Source: Thermoplasmata archaeon (GTDB lineage Archaea > Thermoplasmatota > Thermoplasmata > Lutacidiplasmatales > UBA184). Taken from it: a stretch of DNA of 64,000 nt. The stretch spans positions 2,714-66,713 of the forward strand of contig DAHUXZ010000009.1 in the NCBI GenBank assembly GCA_027315455.1, in the 5' to 3' direction. Shown piece after piece: positions 57,234 to 64,000 of the stretch. A program made the translations under genes and the position numbers. How positions within the stretch are numbered: the first letter of the stretch is position 1; the number at the start of each line of letters is the position of its first letter. The notes beneath the pieces were generated by a model. That model saw nothing but the letters and a program-made list of their open reading frames with translations, had not been told where the DNA came from and did not search any database.

Positions 57234-59810
57234 TCACGCGGGTGGGCCGCTCGCGAGGTCCCGGGCGCTCTCCGAGGCGGCGCGGAGCGCCGCGCGCAGC
57301 GCGGCACCCGGCTCGCCGACCGCCTGGGCGCTCTGGGGGTTGCCCCCTCCCCGTCCCCCGAACGCCGCCCGCGCGGCGTTGAGGACCTGGGAGGCACTGA
57401 CGGCGGGCCAGGTCGATCCGATGAACAGCGCTCCCTTGCCTTCGACCTCGACCGCCAGGACGGCGACCCGGTCGGGGGCGGCGGTCAAGGCCCGCGAGAG
57501 CTCCCGAAGGCCCGCGAGGTCGTGGCCTTCCACCTCGGCGGTCGTGATGCGGCCCGCCCCGACGGCGACGGACCGCTCGGGGTCCGCGAGGAGGGCCGCG
57601 GCGAGCCCGCGGAGATCGGACTTCGCCTGGGCCTTCTCCTTCTGGCGGGTCGCCTCGACCCGCTCCACGAGGCGGTCGACCCCCTCGAGGAGGCGGTCGG
57701 CGGGTACCCCGAGGCGACGGGCGGCCTCGTCGACGGCGGCCCGCCGGGCCTCGACCAGGTCGAGCGCCCGCTCCCCCGCAGCGTAGGTGAGGCGCACGAT
57801 GCCGTCCTGGATCCGCTCGGTCCCGAGGACCATCACGAGGCCGACCTCGCTGGTATGGGTGCAGTGGGTACCCCCGCACGCCTCGACGTCGAACCCCGGG
57901 ACCTCGATGATGCGGAGCTCCTTGCCCGGGACCGCCCCGCCCTGGTAGAGGGTGAAGCCGAAGCGCCGCTCGGCCTCGGACCGCGACTCGAAGTAGCTCT
58001 TCACGGGGCGGTCCTCGCGGACGATCTCGTTGACGCGGCGCTCGACGGCGCGGACCTCCGCCGGCGAGAGCGCGCGGAAGTGCGTGATGTCGATCCGCGC
58101 GGCGTCGACGCCCTTGTACGCCCCCGCCTGCCACACGTGCGGCCCGAGGAGCTCCCGGAGCGCCCCGTTGAGCAGATGGGTCGCGGTGTGGTGCTGCATG
58201 AGCTGGGTGCGACGCGCCCCGTCGATCGTGCCGTGGACGCGGTCGCCGGGGTGGAGCGGCGCCGGCGCGTCGAGCCGGTGGAGGATCCAGCGACCCCGGC
58301 GCGCGACCTCGACGACCGCATGGTCGCCGAGGCGCCCGGTGTCCGTGATCTGTCCGCCCCCGGTGGGGTAGAAGTAGGTCCGGTCGAGGACGACGAACGG
58401 CCCGTCGACGAAGAGGACATGGGCGTCGAACGCGCGCGTGTACGGATCGAGGTAGTAGAGGACCTCGGTCTCGGGGACCTCCGGCGGCACGGTGGGGAGC
58501 CCCTGGGTCCGGTCGGCGTAGTCGGTCTCCGGCGCCTCCCGCTCGTGGCGGGCGGCGAGGCGGACGTAGAAGTCCTCGGGGATCGCGGGGGGGTGGGCGA
58601 GCTCCTGGACGGCGACGTCCGGGGGGAGGCCGAGCGAGTCGTACCACGCCACGAGGTCGTCCGAGGTGATCCGTCCGCCCGCGCGGACGACGCGCTCCTC
58701 CTGGCGGCGCACCTGCTCGCGCGCCCGGCCGATCGACTCCTCGAACCGCTCGAGCTCCGCCGAGACGACGCGGTGGAGGTCGTCCCGGTGGGCGCCGATC
58801 TCGGGGAAGTCGTGGGCGAGGTCGCGCCCCACGCGGTCGAAGACGGCGAGGAGCGGCGGCGCCTCGGGCGCGCGCGCGAGGACGCGGACCATGCGCCGAA
58901 GGAGCAGCCGCGCGAAGTAGCCGTCCTTGCTGTTGGACGGCACCACGCCGTCGGTGAGGAGGAAGTTGAGCGCGCGCGCGTGGTCGATGAGGACCGCGGC
59001 CTCCCGGGGCGGGAACGTGGCCCGCAGCTCCTCGTAGGCTCCCGCGAAGACGGCCTCGTAGGCGGTCTTCGTCCCCTGCGAGGCCCACACCAGCCGCTCG
59101 AGGCCGTAGCCGGTGTCGACGACCGTGAGCGGCATCGGCTCGAGGCGGTCGCCCGCGCGGACGTACTCCATGAAGACGAGCGTCGCGACCTCGAGCCCGG
59201 AGATGCCGACGCTCAGCGACGGGCCGAGGTTCCCGCCGCCTTCCCATTCCTCCTCCTTGTAGGAGATCGCACGGGGGTCCGCCCCGAGCTCGCCGGTCAG
59301 CAGCTCGTGGCAGAGCGCGACGCACCGCTCCTTGAAGTAGACCTCGTGGCCGGGCCGGTTGAAGGCGTGGTGGGCGAGCATCTCGAATAGCGTGAAGTGC
59401 CGCCCGCTCCGCCCGACCTCCTCGAGGTCGATGAAGCGCAGCGACGGCTGGCTGATCGTGAGCGGGTTCGCCGGCGGGGGGATCGCCCCGCTCGTCACCC
59501 ACGGCTGGAAGTCGTAGATGCTCGCCTGCGTGAAGAAGACGTCGTTGCGCCATCGCGCGACGGTCGGGTAGCGACGGATGCGGCTGTGCCCCCGCCGCTC
59601 GAAGAAGGTGAGGTAGGTCTCCCGCATCTCCGCGAGCGCGCGGGGGCGGGAGAAGACGGGACGGCCGACGAACCCGTACGGGGTGCACGGGGCCTCCTGG
59701 CACCGGTCCATCTCGCCGAGGGTCCAGAAGGCGTGGCCGCAGGAGGCGCAGCTCCTCCGGGCGAACCCGTTCGACCGGAAGAACGCAAGGTCGTACTCCG
59801 CGGCGTCCAT
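57234..59810 (-). CDS. alaS: Alanyl-tRNA synthetase (archaeal type)
   Basis: N-terminal Zn motif, ASIYDFQP, GRHFTLFEM.AHH, DTGYGLER, editing HTATH and CGGTH, GGRGGG. Confidence 0.97.
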   Translation of the reverse strand: MDAAEYDLAFFRSNGFARRSCASCGHAFWTLGEMDRCQEAPCTPYGFVGRPVFSRPRALAEMRETYLTFFERRGHSRIRRYPTVARWRNDVFFTQASIYDFQPWVTSGAIPPPANPLTISQPSLRFIDLEEVGRSGRHFTLFEMLAHHAFNRPGHEVYFKERCVALCHELLTGELGADPRAISYKEEEWEGGGNLGPSLSVGISGLEVATLVFMEYVRAGDRLEPMPLTVVDTGYGLERLVWASQGTKTAYEAVFAGAYEELRATFPPREAAVLIDHARALNFLLTDGVVPSNSKDGYFARLLLRRMVRVLARAPEAPPLLAVFDRVGRDLAHDFPEIGAHRDDLHRVVSAELERFEESIGRAREQVRRQEERVVRAGGRITSDDLVAWYDSLGLPPDVAVQELAHPPAIPEDFYVRLAARHEREAPETDYADRTQGLPTVPPEVPETEVLYYLDPYTRAFDAHVLFVDGPFVVLDRTYFYPTGGGQITDTGRLGDHAVVEVARRGRWILHRLDAPAPLHPGDRVHGTIDGARRTQLMQHHTATHLLNGALRELLGPHVWQAGAYKGVDAARIDITHFRALSPAEVRAVERRVNEIVREDRPVKSYFESRSEAERRFGFTLYQGGAVPGKELRIIEVPGFDVEACGGTHCTHTSEVGLVMVLGTERIQDGIVRLTYAAGERALDLVEARRAAVDEAARRLGVPADRLLEGVDRLVERVEATRQKEKAQAKSDLRGLAAALLADPERSVAVGAGRITTAEVEGHDLAGLRELSRALTAAPDRVAVLAVEVEGKGALFIGSTWPAVSASQVLNAARAAFGGRGGGNPQSAQAVGEPGAALRAALRAASESARDLASGPPA

Positions 59811-59868
59811 CGGCGGGCCCGGGACCGCCCTCGGGACAAAAGGGCTTCGGGAGCGGCCCCCCGGCCCG

Positions 59869-60642
59869 TCAGCGGGAGCGCCGGCCGGCCGCGCCGCGGG
59901 ATTGGCGGGAGGGTCCGCCGCGCCGCGCGGGCGTGCGCGGCGGCCGGCGCGCGGGCGGGGCGTCCTCGGGCCTCGGGGGCCGACGGCCGTTGCGGAGCGC
60001 CCGCCCCGTCGCGCAGTGTTCCGCGATCGGACAGCGTCCGCACTGGGGCCGATGGGGGCGGCAGAGGTTCTGGCCGTGCTGGACGAGGAGGGGGTTGAGC
60101 GGGATCCAGTAGCGCTGCGGGACCGTTGCGCGCAGGCGCTCCTCCGTATCCTCGGGAGTGCGGGTCCGCACGACCCCCAAGCGGTTCGCGATGCGGTGGA
60201 CGTGGGTGTCGACGGGCACCCCGGGGATCCCGTATCCGAAGACGAGGACGCAGTTCGCCGTCTTGGGGCCGACCCCGGGGAGCGTGAGGAGCGGCGCGAG
60301 CTCCCGGGGGACCTCGCCCCCGAACCGCCCGAGGAGCTCGCGGGCCGTCGCGACGATCACCCTCGCCTTCACCCGGTAGAACCCGGTCGCGCGGATCAGC
60401 GGCTCGACCTCGGAAGGTCGGGCGCGCGCGAGGGAGGGGGCGTCCGGGAAGCGGGCGAAGAGCGCGAGCGACGCCCGGTCGGTGTTCGCGTCGCGGGTGC
60501 GCTGGGAGAGGATCGTCCCGATCAGGACCTGGAACGGGCTCTCGGCATGGTCGCGGAGGTACGGGACGCGCCAGTCGCCGGCCCGGTACTGCGCGCTCAG
60601 GGCGTCCAGGACGGCCTCCCAGTCGAACGGACGCCGGCTCAC
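59869..60642 (-). CDS. nth: Endonuclease III (HhH-GPD, 4Fe-4S)
   Basis: PFQVLIGTILSQRT, GFYRVKA, LPGVGPKTA, VDTHVHRI, C....PQCGRC...HC. Confidence 0.93.
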   Translation of the reverse strand: MSRRPFDWEAVLDALSAQYRAGDWRVPYLRDHAESPFQVLIGTILSQRTRDANTDRASLALFARFPDAPSLARARPSEVEPLIRATGFYRVKARVIVATARELLGRFGGEVPRELAPLLTLPGVGPKTANCVLVFGYGIPGVPVDTHVHRIANRLGVVRTRTPEDTEERLRATVPQRYWIPLNPLLVQHGQNLCRPHRPQCGRCPIAEHCATGRALRNGRRPPRPEDAPPARRPPRTPARRGGPSRQSRGAAGRRSR

Positions 60643-62024
60643 CGCGCCCCGCCCCCCTCCGCCGCGGCCGAAACGCCCGGGTCGGAGAGGTCCGGTTCGT
60701 CGCTCCCGACGCCCTCCCGGCGCCGAAGGAGGTCCCCGATGAGGTAGTCGCTGCCGAGGGCGAGGGTGAATCCGTCCGCGCCGGTCGCGGCCCGGGCGAC
60801 GGCGAGCCCGGTCTCGGCGTCCTCGGCCTGCACGACCCACGGGAATCGCCCCGTCCCGGCCCGCCGCAACGCCTCGACGGCCGCCCCCCGGGCACTTCGG
60901 ACGGGGACGACGACCAGGGTGCGCGCGAGGGGCGCCAGCGCCTCGAGCATCTCCCCGGCGCGCTTGTCGGCGAGGCAGCCGAAGACGACCGCGTTGTCCG
61001 CCGGGTCCGCGAACGGCAGCATCTCGGCGAGGCTGACGGCCACGGCCCGCGCGCTCTCCGGTGTGTGGGCGACGTCGAAGAAGAGGTCCGGCCGCCGCGC
61101 GACCCGCTCGAGCCGGCCGCGCCAGCGCACCGAGCGCAGCCCCTTGCGGATCGCCTCCTCGGAGAGCGGCAGGCCGACCGCCCGCGCGTACGCCTGGCTC
61201 GCCGCGACGGCGAGGGCCGCGTTCGACGCCTGGAACGTCCCGAAGAGGGGCAGCTCGGCGTCGGCGACCTCCCCCGCGGGGGTGACGAGGGTCACGCGCT
61301 GGCCGCGGGGGCCGAGGGTGCGCCCCGCGACCCGGATCTCGCGGCCGAGACGTTCGAGGGGCACCCCCAGGGCGGCGGCCGACCGCCCGATCTCGCGGAG
61401 CGGCTCGTCCGTCACCTCGCCGACGACCCCGCGCATCCCGGGATGGAGGATGCCGGCCTTCTCGCGCGCGACGTCGGTGAGCGTCGGGCCGAGGACATCG
61501 GTGTGCTCGAGCTCGATCGTGGTGAGGACCCCCACCGGGGCGCGAAGGACGTTCGTTGAGTCGAGCCGTCCGCCGAGGCCGACCTCGATGACGGCGTGCC
61601 GGACCCCTTCGGCGCAGAACCAGTCGAAGGCGAGGGCGGTCGTGAGCTCGAAGAACGTCGGCTCCCGCGCGAGGGTTCCCGTGGCCAGGCCGCGCGCCGC
61701 GGCCCGTTCGAGGCGCCCGATCCCCCGTACGACGGCCGAGCGCGGGATCGTCCGCGACCCGATGCGGATCCGCTCGCGATAGCTCACGAGGTGGGGGGAG
61801 GTGAACAGCCCGACGCGCTCCCCGGTCGCCGTAAGGATCGACGCGGCGAGCGCCGAGACCGACCCCTTGCCCTTGCTGCCGGTGACGTGGATGGCGGAGA
61901 ACGAACGCTCGGGGTGGCCGACGGCGCCGAGGAGCTCCTCGATCACCTCGAGCCCGGGGCGCATGCCGAAGCGCCGCCGGGCGTAGAGGTCCATCAGGGT
62001 CGCGCGGTAGCCGTCGTCGCCCAC
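60639..62024 (-). CDS. folC: Folylpolyglutamate/dihydrofolate synthase
   Basis: HVTGSKGKGS, FTSPHL..YRERI, TFFE..TA, EVGLGGRLDSTNV, EKAGI, W.GRLE, DVAHT. Confidence 0.92.
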   Translation of the reverse strand: MGDDGYRATLMDLYARRRFGMRPGLEVIEELLGAVGHPERSFSAIHVTGSKGKGSVSALAASILTATGERVGLFTSPHLVSYRERIRIGSRTIPRSAVVRGIGRLERAAARGLATGTLAREPTFFELTTALAFDWFCAEGVRHAVIEVGLGGRLDSTNVLRAPVGVLTTIELEHTDVLGPTLTDVAREKAGILHPGMRGVVGEVTDEPLREIGRSAAALGVPLERLGREIRVAGRTLGPRGQRVTLVTPAGEVADAELPLFGTFQASNAALAVAASQAYARAVGLPLSEEAIRKGLRSVRWRGRLERVARRPDLFFDVAHTPESARAVAVSLAEMLPFADPADNAVVFGCLADKRAGEMLEALAPLARTLVVVPVRSARGAAVEALRRAGTGRFPWVVQAEDAETGLAVARAATGADGFTLALGSDYLIGDLLRRREGVGSDEPDLSDPGVSAAAEGGGAR

Positions 62025-62073
62025 GGTGCGGAAGAGCGGGGTCTGCGGCCTCTTAACGCTGGCCCGGACCCCC

Positions 62074-63801
62074 TCAGTACATGGAGCGTTCGCGGTAGGT
62101 TCCGAGGACGTCCTGGAACGCGTGGACGATCTCGCCGAGGGTCGCACGGGCGCGAAGCGCGTCCAGGACCGCCGGCATCGTGTTCCCGTCCTCGGTCCGC
62201 GCGACGGCGCGCAGCCGCTCGAGGGCCCGGGCGTGGGCCGGGCGGTCGCGGCGCGCGCGCAGCTGGGCGAGCCGCCGGGACTGGGCGCGCCGGGCGGACT
62301 CGGAGATCTTGAGCCGCGGCACCCGGATCGGCTCGTCGGTGCGGTAGGCGTTGACGCCGACGACCTTCTGCGCTCCGGCCTCGACGTCGCGCTGGTAGCG
62401 GAACGACGCCTCCTGGATCTCCCGCTGGAAGAAACCGCGTTCGATCGCCGGCACGACCCCGCCGAGCTCGTCGATCCGGTCGAAGTAGCGCCGCGCTTCC
62501 TCCTCGAGACGGTCGGTGAGCCACTCGACGTAGTAGCTGCCCCCGAACGGGTCGACGGCGTCGGCGACCCCCGACTCGTGGGCCAGGAGCTGCTGGGTCC
62601 TCAGCGCGATGCGGACGGCGTCCTCGGTGGGCAGCTGGAGCGCCTCGTCGTAGGAGTTCGTGTGGAGCGACTGGGTCCCCCCGAGGACGGCGGCGAGCGC
62701 CTGGACCGTCGTGCGGACCACGTTGAGCTCGGGCTGCTGGGCGGTGCACGAGCAGCCCGCGGTCTGGGTGTGGAAGCGCATCCAGAGGCTGCGCTCCTTC
62801 TTCGCGTGGAAGCGCTCCCGCATCACGGAGGCCCAGAGCCGCCGCGCGGCCCGGAACTTCGCGATCTCCTCGAAGAAGTCGTTGTGGGAGTTGAAGAAGA
62901 ACGACAGGCGGGGGGCGAAGTCGTCGACGTCGAGCCCGCGCGCGATCGACGCCTCGACGTAGGCGAGGCCGTCGGCCAGCGTAAAGGCGAGCTCCTGGGC
63001 GGCCGTCGAGCCCGCCTCGCGGATGTGGTAGCCCGAGATCGACACCGGGTTCCAGCGGGGAAGGTGGCGGGTGGCGTACTCGATCGTGTCGACCACGAGC
63101 CGCAGCGCCGGGCCGGGTGGATAGAGGAACTCCTTCTGGGCGATGTACTCCTTGAGGATGTCGTTCTGGGTCGTGCCGCCGAGCCGCTCCGGCGCGACGC
63201 CCTGGCGTTCCGCGGCGAGCAGGTACATCCCCCAGACGATGTTCGCGGGGCCGTTGATCGTCATGCTCGTCGTCACGTCGGCGAGCGGGATGCGGTCGAC
63301 GAGGCGTTCCATGTCCTCGAGCGAGGAGACGTTGACCCCGCACTTGCCGACCTCCCCGAGCGCCTCGGGGTCGTCGGCGTCGATCCCGTAGAGGGTCGGG
63401 TCATCGAACGCGATCGACAGTCCGCTCTCCCCGTGCTGGAGGAGGTAGTGGAAGCGCCGGTTGGTATCCTCGGGGGTGCCGAACCCCGAGAACATCCGCA
63501 TCGACCAGACCCGGCCGCGGTACATCGTCGGGTGGACCCCGCGGGTGTACGGGTACTCGCCCGGGTAGCCGATGCGGCCAAAATCGACCGGGTGCCGGGA
63601 GGGCGTGTAGAGGCGCTCGACGGGGATCCCCCCGAGGGTCGTGAACCTCTCCCGCCGCTCGGGGGAGCGCGCGAGCGCCGGAGCGAGGACCTCGGCCTCC
63701 CACCGCCCCTCGGCCTCGGCGATGGGCCCCCGGCGTGACGCCGGCCGCGTCCGGCGTCCCCCGGCGGCTCGCGGGTGCTCTCCTGCGCGGCCGGACGCCA
63801 T
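62074..63801 (-). CDS. B12-dependent acyl-CoA mutase large subunit, isobutyryl-CoA mutase-like
   Basis: [62 protein letters not shown]. No B12-binding domain. Confidence 0.9.
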   Translation of the reverse strand: MASGRAGEHPRAAGGRRTRPASRRGPIAEAEGRWEAEVLAPALARSPERRERFTTLGGIPVERLYTPSRHPVDFGRIGYPGEYPYTRGVHPTMYRGRVWSMRMFSGFGTPEDTNRRFHYLLQHGESGLSIAFDDPTLYGIDADDPEALGEVGKCGVNVSSLEDMERLVDRIPLADVTTSMTINGPANIVWGMYLLAAERQGVAPERLGGTTQNDILKEYIAQKEFLYPPGPALRLVVDTIEYATRHLPRWNPVSISGYHIREAGSTAAQELAFTLADGLAYVEASIARGLDVDDFAPRLSFFFNSHNDFFEEIAKFRAARRLWASVMRERFHAKKERSLWMRFHTQTAGCSCTAQQPELNVVRTTVQALAAVLGGTQSLHTNSYDEALQLPTEDAVRIALRTQQLLAHESGVADAVDPFGGSYYVEWLTDRLEEEARRYFDRIDELGGVVPAIERGFFQREIQEASFRYQRDVEAGAQKVVGVNAYRTDEPIRVPRLKISESARRAQSRRLAQLRARRDRPAHARALERLRAVARTEDGNTMPAVLDALRARATLGEIVHAFQDVLGTYRERSMY

Positions 63802-63882
63802 CGCCCGGGGATGAGCGGGCACGGTTTAAATCTCCACCCCGGCCGGCCACGCCTTTTACCCGCGCGCGGCCTCGCCGGGAGC

Positions 63883-64000
63883 GTGGCGGAGCCGGACGTC
63901 GCGGTGGTCGGTGCCGGGGTGGTCGGACTCGCGATCGCGCGCGCCCTCGCCGAGGGGGGGCGCTCGGTCACGGTGCTCGAGCGGCACGAACGCCCCGCCC
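63883..64000 (+). CDS. FAD-dependent oxidoreductase, N-terminal part only (LhgO/DAO-like)
   Basis: Manual translation [34 protein letters not shown] (GxGxxG Rossmann motif); truncated by the window end. Confidence 0.8.
   Translation, partial: MAEPDVAVVGAGVVGLAIARALAEGGRSVTVLERHERPA

Overview
High-GC (by eye about 70-75%) archaeal chromosomal segment, most consistent with a soil/sediment Thermoplasmata lineage. This is inferred from archaeal ribosomal proteins, PAN, MCM, VAT/CDC48, aCPSF1 and the gene neighbourhoods. It is almost entirely housekeeping: translation (uL16, eL18, uL13, uS9, Rpo10, AspRS, AlaRS, Cgi121, NMD3, a SelB-like protein), proteostasis (PAN, PsmB, CDC48, ClpB, PepA), nucleotide and cofactor synthesis (pyrD/K/G, guaA-B, purE, folC, pantoate kinase), cell division candidates (SepF, PRC-barrel), a three-gene succinate dehydrogenase-like operon with an HdrB-like subunit, and two tRNAs. 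No CRISPR array, transposase or integrase is visible. The first 1.15 kb looks like the decayed edge of an accessory region. The best leads are: (1) a translationally coupled mutS(frameshifted)-mutL-PD-(D/E)xK nuclease operon; (2) a tRNA-Gly(TCC) with a 34-nt bulge-helix-bulge intron inside the T-loop (59/60); (3) a roughly 150-nt multi-stem intergenic element with four CAAGGRG repeats after rpo10; (4) a B12 acyl-CoA mutase with isobutyryl-CoA mutase (Phe/Gln) rather than methylmalonyl-CoA mutase residues; (5) V4R-roadblock and GvpD/KaiC-like signalling parts; (6) a uL13 with a long Pro/Ala/Lys extension. All calls are from reading motifs by eye; no searches were run.
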